This document shows, piece after piece, positions 27,380 through 36,169 of a stretch of 63,591 bases of DNA (positions are counted from its first letter, which is position 1; each line of letters starts with the position of its first letter). This DNA is from an uncultured Candidatus Bathyarchaeia archaeon (GTDB lineage Archaea; Thermoproteota; Bathyarchaeia; Bathyarchaeales; Bathyarchaeaceae): assembly GCA_964347995.1 (NCBI GenBank), contig CAYGBA010000002.1, positions 1 to 63,591 of the forward strand. Reading direction: 5' to 3'. The notes under the pieces are model-generated. The model saw nothing but the letters and a program-made list of their open reading frames with translations. It had not been told where the DNA came from and did no database searches. Position numbers and translations under genes: made by a program.

Positions 27380-27850
27380 ATGAAAGTTGACTCATACGAC
27401 ATTCCTGAAAATTGCTACTATATTAAAGAACACGAGTGGATCTTAATAGAAGACACTGACACCGCAAGAATCGGCATCACAGACTATGCTCAGAAAGCGT
27501 TGAGGGAGATCACATACTTTTACGCAGGGAAGAGAGGCGCTGAAATCAAACGGATGGAAACAATGTGCAAAATAGAGTCAGTAAAAAGTGTTGCTGAGAT
27601 ATTGAGTCCCCTCACTGGCGTGGTTCTTAGGTTTAATAACGGACTATTCGACCAACCTAGTATCATAAATAATGACCCTTATGGCAAGGGTTGGATAACA
27701 ATCATCCGCCCCACAAACCTTGACAAGGAGCTAGAAAAACTACTAAAACCAGAACTCTATGCGGAGCATATCAAAGAACTCACCAAAAGCGATGAAACTT
27801 TACTGATTCACAGATGGAAAAAGGGAATAGAGGAAAAAACCCGCGAATAG
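27380..27850 (+). CDS. gcvH: GcvH-family lipoyl-carrier protein (copy 2, with C-terminal extension)
   Basis: GITDYAQKAL and KIESVKSVAEILSPLTG retain the lipoyl-lysine. Its stop is only 11 nt from the convergent hdrB stop. Confidence 0.8.
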   Translation: MKVDSYDIPENCYYIKEHEWILIEDTDTARIGITDYAQKALREITYFYAGKRGAEIKRMETMCKIESVKSVAEILSPLTGVVLRFNNGLFDQPSIINNDPYGKGWITIIRPTNLDKELEKLLKPELYAEHIKELTKSDETLLIHRWKKGIEEKTRE

Positions 27851-27861
27851 AAAGGCTTAAA

Positions 27862-28737
27862 CTAAACACCAAGCCTGCCTAGTAAATCGGACGTTTTCAC
27901 TCGGTTCATGTCCAACCCTAACCCTTTTGGGTCCATTCCAAGAGCAAGTCCAAGGACTTGTGGGTAAAATAGTACAGGCAGGTTATAGGCGGTATTGAAC
28001 CTCCTCTGTATCACCCTCTGATTTCTATCGTACATAGAGCCGCACAGTGGGCACATCAGAACCATCGCGTCGGCTTCCATTGCCTTGACATGGTCAAGTT
28101 TCCTTTGAGCCATTGCCATCGCAATCTTATCGTCGACGTCCAGAATTACACCGCCACAACACTGCGTCTTATCCTCGTATTCAATAGTCTCCGCGCCAAG
28201 TGCAGAGACAAGTTCATCCAGGGTCCTCGGAAACTCGGGATCCTCGAATCTGTCAAAAACATCTGACGGCTTAATATAGTGGCATCCGTAATGCGAGGCT
28301 AACTTGAGTCCCTCCAAGCTGTGTTTGACCTGGCTCTTTATCTTTTCAGGACCAACGTCTTCGTATAGAATTCGCACGAAGTGCCTAGCTTTGACATTTC
28401 CCTTGTAGGCACGACCTATTTTCTGCAGTTTCTCGTTTGCGTTTTCCCTCAATTCATTATTGTGCATCAGCTCTTTACTGGCTTCTGCTAGCATGGAGGC
28501 GCAACCTGTACAAATCGTACATATGTCTAGGCCCATGGCTTCGGCAACGCTTAGGTCTCTAGCAGCAAGAAGCAAAGCTGTTTCTTGGTCTACAGATCTT
28601 ATTGGGAAGCCACAACAGGCGAAGCCGTCTGTGTCAATGAGTTCCACTCCAAGTTTTTCGGCAACCTTCCTCGCTGAAAGCTCATATTGCCTGGCCATTA
28701 GAGGTGCGAGGCATCCTAAGAAAAGGGCGTACTTCAC
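27862..28737 (-). CDS. hdrB: heterodisulfide reductase subunit B-like (two CCG domains)
   Basis: MKYALFLGC...FACCGFP and TQCCGG...CPLCG. GTG start overlaps the hdrC stop as GTGA. Confidence 0.85.
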   Translation of the reverse strand: MKYALFLGCLAPLMARQYELSARKVAEKLGVELIDTDGFACCGFPIRSVDQETALLLAARDLSVAEAMGLDICTICTGCASMLAEASKELMHNNELRENANEKLQKIGRAYKGNVKARHFVRILYEDVGPEKIKSQVKHSLEGLKLASHYGCHYIKPSDVFDRFEDPEFPRTLDELVSALGAETIEYEDKTQCCGGVILDVDDKIAMAMAQRKLDHVKAMEADAMVLMCPLCGSMYDRNQRVIQRRFNTAYNLPVLFYPQVLGLALGMDPKGLGLDMNRVKTSDLLGRLGV

Positions 28738-29252
28738 CTTGTGTCCCTTCCTTCGGCCCCTAGCGGTTTGAAGCCTGCCTGCTCAAGGAGCTCCTGAACC
28801 TCCTTGTTTTCAGATGGAATTTGTGGCAATCCAAGTTCTTCTCGTTTTGTGTTGTCGAAACGGCTCAGAGGGTACAGTGTGCCGTGTGTCGATATGATCT
28901 CCATTCGCTTGGCAAATGAGTTGTGAATGCGGCCCTCCTTGACTGCCAGATTTTTCAAAGCGGTCATAAATTCGGGTATCCTAACATCCTGTGGGCACCG
29001 CTCCTGACAAGTGTAACACTCAGAACACAGCCATATGAAGTCGCTTGAAAGGACCCTTTCCCTCATACCTAGCACGGTCATCCGTATGATCCTTCTGGGG
29101 TTATACTTCTCTTCTATCTCCCTAACAGGGCATCCGACGTTGCATGTTCCACACTGGAAACATCTCATTATGTTCTGCCCTCCAGGAATCTTTGTGACTT
29201 CATATTTGAACTTAGGGTCAAGTTTGGTGATCACCAAAGCAGTTCTCTCCAC
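28734..29252 (-). CDS. hdrC: heterodisulfide reductase subunit C-like (2x[4Fe-4S])
   Basis: CFQCGTCNVGCP and CSECYTCQERCP; the size is typical of HdrC. Confidence 0.85.
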   Translation of the reverse strand: MERTALVITKLDPKFKYEVTKIPGGQNIMRCFQCGTCNVGCPVREIEEKYNPRRIIRMTVLGMRERVLSSDFIWLCSECYTCQERCPQDVRIPEFMTALKNLAVKEGRIHNSFAKRMEIISTHGTLYPLSRFDNTKREELGLPQIPSENKEVQELLEQAGFKPLGAEGRDTR

Positions 29253-29398
29253 ACTAATTTTAAATGATCAAGCTTTGAAACTGAATATGGCATCCAAATC
29301 CTTCATATCAAGGGTAATATAAATCCATATAACTCAAATTAAAGTATTCGCTGACTGAACAAAGCTTATCCAATCTATGTATTATCAAAGGCAGACAT

Positions 29399-29635
29399 TC
29401 ACTTGCTCTCAGTCACTATCATGGTTAGGGTCGATCGGATTTTGTCTGATCCTCGCACATGTGAGGTAATGATTTCCTTAAGTTTGTCCATAGTGTTGGC
29501 TTCAACTTTTACCAAGATGTCGTAAACGCCGTAGACCGTATATGCTTCTTCCACCGCATGGACTTCTCTCAGTGCCCCTAGAACTTCGCTCTCCGCCCCT
29601 ATCTCTGTGTTAACTAATACGAACGCTATGGGCAT
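29399..29635 (-). CDS. stand-alone Lrp/AsnC ligand-binding (RAM) domain protein
   Basis: 78 aa, AFVLVNTEIGAESEVLGALREVHAVEEAYTVYGVYDILVKVEA. This matches the effector domain without an HTH. Confidence 0.65.
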   Translation of the reverse strand: MPIAFVLVNTEIGAESEVLGALREVHAVEEAYTVYGVYDILVKVEANTMDKLKEIITSHVRGSDKIRSTLTMIVTESK

Positions 29636-29735
29636 ACAGATCCTCTCCGCTTCAAGGTTGTTTTTTGGTACCTACCCACCTAAATAATTTGCTGCAACAC
29701 AAGTCTCAGCTCCTATCAAGGCTTATGTTGATAGA

Positions 29736-29918
29736 TTGGTAAAAGCTAGGACTGATTTCGGGGAGGAGGTAACTCAATCATGTACACCTTGTCCTTTGCA
29801 TACAGAAGCAGATGAGGTAAGGAAGTTGGCGAAGGTGGACACGGCTTATGCTCCGCCTGTGAATGAGACATGGGAGCCCATGGTCTTGGCTGCAGAGATG
29901 GCGATTAGAAGATTGTGA
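29736..29918 (+). pseudogene. C-terminal remnant of a second CoADR/Nox-like gene
   Basis: GEEVTQ...LAKVDTAYAPPVNETWEPMVLAAEMAIRRL parallels GEDVAQ...LSTADTSYAPPVAETVEPVATAAEIVAKKIRR at the end of 25961-27313. Nucleotide similarity is also visible. No upstream body of the gene remains. Confidence 0.6.
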
Positions 29919-30153
29919 CATAGGCAGATATGAACACAGAGCGCGCACAGGGTTCTTCGAAAACGATTCCCCATGCCTCCGAAGTAGCCCCGAAAAGGCA
30001 AAGCTTCACACGCAGATCGAAGCCCATTTCTGCAAAATCGGTTCTTTTCAGTCCAATTAATTGCGCGGTAAGGTCTTGCAGAATCGTTTATTAACAACTC
30101 ATTATCAACTCATTCTTATTTTGATGGACGAACTATAGCTGAAGGGATTTTAG

Positions 30154-30851
30154 TTGCGTCCCAACTCGACTGTAGATGTTCTGGTGATGGTGCCGACCTT
30201 AAACGAGGAGGAGGGTATAAGAAGGGTTCTACAACACATGCCAGAGGACTTCGATGTTCTTGTTGTGAACGGGGGCAGTACGATAGAACAGTCGAAGTTG
30301 CCAAGCAATATCGCGCCATAGAGATTAGGCAGAGGTTCGGGAGGGGAAAGGGCTGTGGCGTGAGAACAGGGATGGAATTCTTTCTCAGCACCAAATATGA
30401 CCTTCTGTGCATAACTGACGGCGACGGAAGTAATGATCCTGGAGAGTTGCCAAAGATGATTGAGGCTATGGAGAATGAAATGGCCGAGGTCGTGCTTGGT
30501 TCAAGAATAAGGGGGAAAAGAGAAAAAGACGCTATGGGTCCATTCACAATTTTCTCCAACCTCATTTTATCACTACTTCTTGGGTTGCGATTCCTACGGA
30601 TTTTCACAGATGTGCAAACAGGTTACTGGGCGTTCAGCAGAAGGGCGGTTGAAATCCTTTACCCAAGCTTGAGGGCGAAGGGATTCGAGATAGAAATGGA
30701 AATTTTCGTGTCAACATTTGATGCTGGGCTGAAATGCGTTGAGGTACCTGTAAGATACAAGAAACGATTGGGAAAAACGAAGTTTCGCCTCTTTTTGCGT
30801 TTCAGAAACTTCGGCTACATGATTTACTACTTGCTACGCTCTTTTTTCTGA
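30154..30851 (+). pseudogene. family-2 glycosyltransferase (dolichyl-phosphate sugar synthase-like) interrupted by a 1-nt frameshift
   Basis: Frame 1 (TTG 30154): LRPNSTVDVLVMVPTLNEEEGIRRVL...DVLVVNGGST, then a stop at 30319. Frame 2 continues DRTVEVAKQYRAIEIRQRFGRGKGCGV...DGDGSNDP...GSR. The shift maps to 30271-30285, at or next to a GGGGG run. Confidence 0.7.
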
Positions 30852-30902
30852 GCGGAAGAATGATGCTAATCGATGCACTGTCAAAGAAATGCCGTTTAGA
30901 GT

Positions 30903-31349
30903 TCAAATTAGCATAACTATCGTGTAGATTAGTCCCAAGGCGACTGTTAAAATCATGTCACAAAAAAACATTTCCTTCAATCCCCTTGGATAGAGATTCA
31001 AATCAACCTCCTTCTTTGAGAAAGGGTATAACGGTCGGCAAGGCCTCGTAAGAAAGTCCACGACAAAATGGCTTAACCCACAACTGAGTGTCAGTAGGAA
31101 TAGGTGAGAATAGACGACCTTAACAACTAGAGAGCCTGACAAGACTAGGGCGAGGCCTACAAGTTCGTGGAGCGGCGAACGAGATTCTACCCCAAACCTA
31201 CCTGTCCTAAACGCCCTTTTTAGATACGGAATATGATCGAAATCGGGAAAGACCGAAAAGAGAACGCCGATCAAAATGTCTGGTATAAAACTGATTCCTA
31301 AGAGCTTGGCTAGCAGCGGGCCTAATAAAGCGTGAAAGATTATGTTCAT
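30903..31349 (-). CDS. membrane-bound metal-dependent hydrolase-like protein (DUF457/YdjM-like)
   Basis: 148 aa and hydrophobic, with FPDFDHIP and SPLHE motifs resembling DUF457. Confidence 0.45.
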   Translation of the reverse strand: MNIIFHALLGPLLAKLLGISFIPDILIGVLFSVFPDFDHIPYLKRAFRTGRFGVESRSPLHELVGLALVLSGSLVVKVVYSHLFLLTLSCGLSHFVVDFLTRPCRPLYPFSKKEVDLNLYPRGLKEMFFCDMILTVALGLIYTIVMLI

Positions 31350-31379
31350 CGTTCACTCCGTGATGTGCTCAAGATTCCG

Positions 31380-32885
31380 TTAAGCGAGGAGTATGTCTAG
31401 AACGTCTAATGTGCGTAGAGGTTGATCTGGCTTTACTTCATAGCTGGAGTTAGCGACTAGGAGGGGGACTTTCATTTCTGCTGCGTGAAGGCCACCGTGT
31501 GTTCCTCGATGGGGCGGCAACTCTGGCATGAGGTCCCAGCCCATCCGAGAGTTGATAATTAGGTCTCCCGAACGCTCGCTCTCGAAGATCTGCGAAACTT
31601 GAACCGGTGCGTCTGGAAATTCCGTTTCGCGGGTGGCGGCAAGCCACTCCCGATCGTCTAGCCACTCTCTGTATGCGATCTTCCCATCTTCGACGATAGA
31701 GCCGTAGCCTAGAGGATCTGCTCCTTCAATGATATCGTAAGAGTATTCATTTCGCCCCCTTTTCCTTATGATTCCGTGTCCGTCGTGAGAATAGACATGG
31801 GAAGTGTTCTTGTTTTCAGCGATGAAGACATGTTGCACTGGCAGCAGACGGCGTACTAGGTCTATGAGGTTCACGCGTCCGCGACGAACCTTGTAGTTCT
31901 CAAGGTCTTCTAAGCTTGGTTTTTGCCGCCAATCATGTGGTATGTACTGGAGTGGGAAGGCTTTCTCTTCTGCGCCTTCCGCCGCTAAGTAGACATGCGC
32001 CATTCCATTGCCGCTTATGGCGACTGTGGCGTCAAATTCGCCGAGGCCTTGTAGGAAGGTCACTGGGAAGCGGCGAACATCCAATCCAATTGTGCTCATG
32101 AATTTTCCGAGATCGAAGTGCAGACTAGTGGGACGAAGCCCGTGATCGGAGCTGATCACGATAGAGGTGTTGTCGTAGAGGTTGAGGTCCATAAGAGTCT
32201 TTGCCATATGCCCAACTTGTTTGTCTACGTTCTGGATTGCGTGTCGTACCTCTTGAGAGAGTGGTCCGTGTTCGTGGCTGACCTCGTCCACGCCTGGCAT
32301 GTATGCGATGGAGAAGAGAGGGGGTTCTGTAGGGAATTTCATGCCACGCATCGCGGCTGAGCACCTGTAGACCAACTCGAATATACGTGCGGCAACCGCG
32401 TCTGCGTGTTCCCAAGTGAATAGTTTTAGGGGAGCTAAGAGTTTGGCCAGAACATTCGCGAGGGGAGGATATACGAATCTTGCTCCGCGTGTGATGGGCT
32501 CGAAGATCGCCGCTGTTGTGGAACCCTTTAGTCTTTCAAAGATGGTTTTGATCTTGCTAGTCATGTCTGTGTTCATCGCAAAAGCTCCTGGGCCGACATA
32601 GTCACGTTCGAATTCAAACCATGATAGGCGTCCATAATACTTGTAGCTGTTCTTCTTTCTGTCGAACCATCGGATGCCCGGTATGTTTAATGGTCCAGGG
32701 AATGCGCCTGTGAGAAAGGGGGCATGGGCTGGGCCAGTGGTTGATGGAAAAACGGTTACAGCGTTTTTTACAACGACGCCTCGGTCTGCGATATGCTTCT
32801 TGATGTTTGGCAAATCTCCTTGACTTAACATCTCGTAGAGTACATCAGGTCTACATCCGTCAACGAGGATAAATACAGAACGCAA
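31380..32885 (-). CDS. alkaline-phosphatase superfamily protein (nucleotide pyrophosphatase/phosphodiesterase-like)
   Basis: VFILVDGCRPDVL...FPSTTGPAHAPFLTG, mid-protein SSDHG and C-terminal HGGLH motifs are typical of the AP/NPP fold. Confidence 0.7.
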   Translation of the reverse strand: MRSVFILVDGCRPDVLYEMLSQGDLPNIKKHIADRGVVVKNAVTVFPSTTGPAHAPFLTGAFPGPLNIPGIRWFDRKKNSYKYYGRLSWFEFERDYVGPGAFAMNTDMTSKIKTIFERLKGSTTAAIFEPITRGARFVYPPLANVLAKLLAPLKLFTWEHADAVAARIFELVYRCSAAMRGMKFPTEPPLFSIAYMPGVDEVSHEHGPLSQEVRHAIQNVDKQVGHMAKTLMDLNLYDNTSIVISSDHGLRPTSLHFDLGKFMSTIGLDVRRFPVTFLQGLGEFDATVAISGNGMAHVYLAAEGAEEKAFPLQYIPHDWRQKPSLEDLENYKVRRGRVNLIDLVRRLLPVQHVFIAENKNTSHVYSHDGHGIIRKRGRNEYSYDIIEGADPLGYGSIVEDGKIAYREWLDDREWLAATRETEFPDAPVQVSQIFESERSGDLIINSRMGWDLMPELPPHRGTHGGLHAAEMKVPLLVANSSYEVKPDQPLRTLDVLDILLA

Positions 32886-33152
32886 TTGTTCTCACATCAT
32901 TGGATAATAGTTGTACCGACAATTTAACATTTTGTTCATGCAGGCGTATTGTGCAACTATAGATTGCAACAATGGTGCTAGCTAGCTAAAGAAAGATGTA
33001 GGTGCGCTCTTGAATGTTAAACGATAGTTACCTGCGCCCTCACCAAACTCTCAACTTTGCCGAATGTCAAGTCTTTGATGTATGCGGATATGGAGTTGCA
33101 TGTATGCCTTTGGTTACATGATCACAACTTCAGCGCCTACAAGCCTTCAGCG

Positions 33153-34508
33153 TTACTGTGTCTCTGCACATAGATACTTAGTTGCCTGCAACTCTAGAGG
33201 GCAGCCTGCTCCGCAGACCTCAAGCTCTGGACATCCAGCACATTTTTCCGGTTTGTATTCTCTGGCTCTTAAACTGGTGCAGAGAGGATGGTTCCAGATT
33301 TTCTCCCAAGGATCTTTAAGAATGTTGCCGACTTCTTCAAAATAACTTTGGCAGGGATAGACCTCGCCTTTTGGGCCTATGCACATGTTTACTCGGGCGG
33401 CTGTGCAGGACTTAACGCCTAACCCATGATTGACGGGATTGAGTTGGCAGTACTGAGTCGGCGTGTACCACATGAATTTCATGCCTAGCTTATGGGCTTT
33501 CTCAATGATTTTCGGAAGTAACTGGTTTAATGTGTCGATCTTCAGAGCGAACTCATCGGCTATTGACGGAGCACTTCCGGAGTATATTATACTGTTGCAT
33601 GCGAAAACCTGTAGTCCCAGCTTATGTAAGAACTCGATGGTTTCAAAGAAGCTCTTCGCGTTGAGCTTGTTGAGAGTGGTGTTCGTGGTGATGTAGATTT
33701 GCGTTGGAATGACGTTCTTAATTCCTTCAACAGTCTCTTTCCAGCTCCCTTTAACACGCGTTATCGCATCATGTATTGCAGGATCGTGTGACTCAAGCGT
33801 AATCTGCACGAAGTCCAGTCCCGCATCTTCAAGTTTCTGTACGTAATCTTTGTCTTTTAGGCTGCGTCCGTTTGTGATTAGTCCCGTAACGATCCCCTTT
33901 TCCTGGGCGTAACGCAATAGTTCTGGCAAGTCCTCTCGTAGAGTCGGCTCGCCTCCAGTAAAGGTCAGCAAAAAGACACCAATCTTGTATACCCGGTCGA
34001 TTACTTCCTTCCATTCCTCTGTGGTTAATTCAGGAGTATCATGCGGTCCACCAGTGTAGCAGTGAACGCAATTGTTCTGGCATCTGAACGTTAACGCCAG
34101 GTCCATCCGTATTGGGGCCGAGAGTTCTTGGGAGAAGGGCTCCACCTGTTCAACATCCAAGAATGATATTGGACAAACCTCTTCAGTTTGGGCTAGCGTA
34201 CTTACGGTGTAGAGTATATGTTCATGGTCTTTCCGAGCGAGTTCTTCCTTGACTCGGTACATCCGCTTTATCTTCTTCACTACTTCCTCGGTTGGCATGC
34301 CCTGCATGAAGAAGAATGCGTGCGCTGTCGCTGTCTCGTTTAGATAGAGTACGGTGTTCGCGTTGATGACTAGTAGTCCCTTGCCGTCAGGCTCCACTCT
34401 TAGCTGAAGAGCCAAACCCGCATACTCGCCTCTTCCACGATACATGTATAGTCCGTGGGGAATTTCCGGCTTGCTCACGGCTTTCTTCGCTTTGCCAAGA
34501 ATGCTCAT
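33153..34508 (-). CDS. radical SAM enzyme with N-terminal PqqD/RRE-like domain and C-terminal SPASM domain
   Basis: LVINANTVLYLNETATAHAFFFMQGMPTEEVVKKIKRMY (PqqD-like). LTFRCQNNCVHCY (CxxxCxxC). C-terminal CIGPKGEVYPCQ...CAGCPELEVCGAGCP (SPASM). The ATG overlaps the upstream stop as ATGA. Confidence 0.8.
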   Translation of the reverse strand: MSILGKAKKAVSKPEIPHGLYMYRGRGEYAGLALQLRVEPDGKGLLVINANTVLYLNETATAHAFFFMQGMPTEEVVKKIKRMYRVKEELARKDHEHILYTVSTLAQTEEVCPISFLDVEQVEPFSQELSAPIRMDLALTFRCQNNCVHCYTGGPHDTPELTTEEWKEVIDRVYKIGVFLLTFTGGEPTLREDLPELLRYAQEKGIVTGLITNGRSLKDKDYVQKLEDAGLDFVQITLESHDPAIHDAITRVKGSWKETVEGIKNVIPTQIYITTNTTLNKLNAKSFFETIEFLHKLGLQVFACNSIIYSGSAPSIADEFALKIDTLNQLLPKIIEKAHKLGMKFMWYTPTQYCQLNPVNHGLGVKSCTAARVNMCIGPKGEVYPCQSYFEEVGNILKDPWEKIWNHPLCTSLRAREYKPEKCAGCPELEVCGAGCPLELQATKYLCAETQ

Positions 34509-36169
34509 GTGCTAGTACCCCCAGTCATCCCTACTCCCCCTGAGGCACACGCACAAGCGCAAGACACACAGGCACAGACGCAAGCGCAGGCTGCGCAAGC
34601 GCACGCACAACTAGAGCGGTGGTGTGCTGGTTGTCTAGATGTTTTCTGTGAGGGAGGTGGAGCAGGTATGATTGCGTTCGCAAACTTTTCCAGGTTGACG
34701 ACTATGTTGTTTGCGGTACCTTCTACTGCCGTGGCTATGTTATTTGCGAAGTCTGCTCCAGGAATCTTTGGTGGAACTGTTGGTCCTGAAGGTGGCGCTG
34801 TTGTAGGTTGGTATTCTGGTCTCGGATGATAATGGTAACCATACCAGTACCAGAACCAAAGGAGCTCGGGCTCAAAGACTCTAGTTCGAAAAGCATCTTC
34901 TGTGCGAGACCCGAATTTTTCGTCAAGTAACAGCCATAGGAGCTGTTCATCGTATGCTATGGAGGCAAGCTGAGCTGTGCCCGCTTGCTCCACTTGGTCC
35001 CAAGCTTTAGCCACGATCTTCTCATAGTACTTCATTGTATCCTTTCTGCAGTAGCCACGGAGTTTTTCCTCCACGTCTTCGCGGAGTTCCACGATCACTG
35101 TTGCGAGCTTTTCTTCGCTCAAAGTTCCGTCTTTTTTTATTGCTCTTAAGAATGTGTTCTCGTAGTATCTTAGAGGCTCCTCGTGTTCTTTTACAATTTT
35201 GAGGCTTACGGAAGGCTCTGTTGAGGTTACCCAGACAGCTCTTTTCTTGAGGAGGCTGTAGAGAATTGCGGTTACGATTTTAGTGGGCTTCAGTCCAAGA
35301 AGATAGGAGGCTTCAACCGCCGTTAGACCTCGCCTTATTCCCAATGTCTCCATTCTCAAGACTGGCCTAACATAGTTTCCCTTGCGCGCGACATAGACTA
35401 CGCTTCCGATGATGCCTACAAGGAGCAGGAGGACCCCGATCCACACTGCATTGTTCTTGAGGAAAGCAAGTATCCCTTTCTCTCTTACTTCGTAATGCTC
35501 AACGTATTCCTTAGGAAAGGAAACCCCACAATAAGGCAAACCATCAGTGTCGCGAGGAAACCTATCGCCAGGTTGTAGATTCCTTCTTCCCCAATAGAGG
35601 ACAAGCCTGTCATCTTCAACATCAGTGCCATTCCAATCTGGGACATTGACAACTTGGTTGGTTACACCTAAAGGTAGGACGACTAGAACACGAAGCTCAT
35701 ATATGCTGGCGTCATCCCACCAAACTGGGGTGAACTGCATGCCTACATTGTCTGGGTTTTGATCATCTTCCCAGATCATGTGGCCAACGTTCGTTAGGAG
35801 TGTGAATCGAATGCTCTGTGTAGTGCTGATTGATGTGTAGAGATGGACCTGTGCTCTGTAGTTGTTTCCTTCGCTTGCGTCTGCTGTCTGCAGTGTGCGA
35901 TTGTTTTCGTCTCTAGCTTCTCCGATGGTGAAGTCTCGTTGTGGTTGGCCTACATTTACGTAGCGGATTGTTCCTTGGTCGCAGGTTATCCCTATGTCGT
36001 ATAGTAGGTCGATTGTTCCATCCTGGTTAATCCATATTTTGGCATATTCGTGGTCCAAATGGTATTGTACCTCATCTGCTTTGACAGAGTCAGGACTTAG
36101 TAGTAGAAGGGCTACAAGTGGAATTGTTGCAAGGAGCGTGATGTGTTTTATGGATTTTTTGTTCACCAT
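34505..36169 (-). CDS. DUF2207-like membrane protein with C-terminal alternating Cys-Ala tail
   Basis: Start at MVNKKSIKHITLLATIPLVALLLL (signal), then an extracytoplasmic domain and TM helix AVWIGVLLLLVGIIGSVVYVA. GLTAVEASYLLGLKPTKIVTAILYSLL is a DUF2207-like hallmark. Tail: SSCACACAACACVCACVSCACACASGGVGMTGGTST. Confidence 0.7.
   Translation of the reverse strand: MVNKKSIKHITLLATIPLVALLLLSPDSVKADEVQYHLDHEYAKIWINQDGTIDLLYDIGITCDQGTIRYVNVGQPQRDFTIGEARDENNRTLQTADASEGNNYRAQVHLYTSISTTQSIRFTLLTNVGHMIWEDDQNPDNVGMQFTPVWWDDASIYELRVLVVLPLGVTNQVVNVPDWNGTDVEDDRLVLYWGRRNLQPGDRFPRDTDGLPYCGVSFPKEYVEHYEVREKGILAFLKNNAVWIGVLLLLVGIIGSVVYVARKGNYVRPVLRMETLGIRRGLTAVEASYLLGLKPTKIVTAILYSLLKKRAVWVTSTEPSVSLKIVKEHEEPLRYYENTFLRAIKKDGTLSEEKLATVIVELREDVEEKLRGYCRKDTMKYYEKIVAKAWDQVEQAGTAQLASIAYDEQLLWLLLDEKFGSRTEDAFRTRVFEPELLWFWYWYGYHYHPRPEYQPTTAPPSGPTVPPKIPGADFANNIATAVEGTANNIVVNLEKFANAIIPAPPPSQKTSRQPAHHRSSCACACAACACVCACVSCACACASGGVGMTGGTST

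Noticed and set aside
30116-30607. 163-aa minus-strand ORF
   Set aside because: It is antisense to a recognisable GT2 glycosyltransferase reading frame. The composition is Pro/Ser-rich and low in complexity, with no motifs. I treat it as a shadow ORF.
34455-34829. 124-aa plus-strand ORF rich in AQ/TQ repeats, and the idea that the repetitive DNA at 34540-34615 is a CRISPR or non-coding microsatellite
   Set aside because: It is the antisense translation of the Cys-Ala tail region. The units are 3-6 nt and in frame with the minus-strand gene. There is no repeat-spacer architecture.
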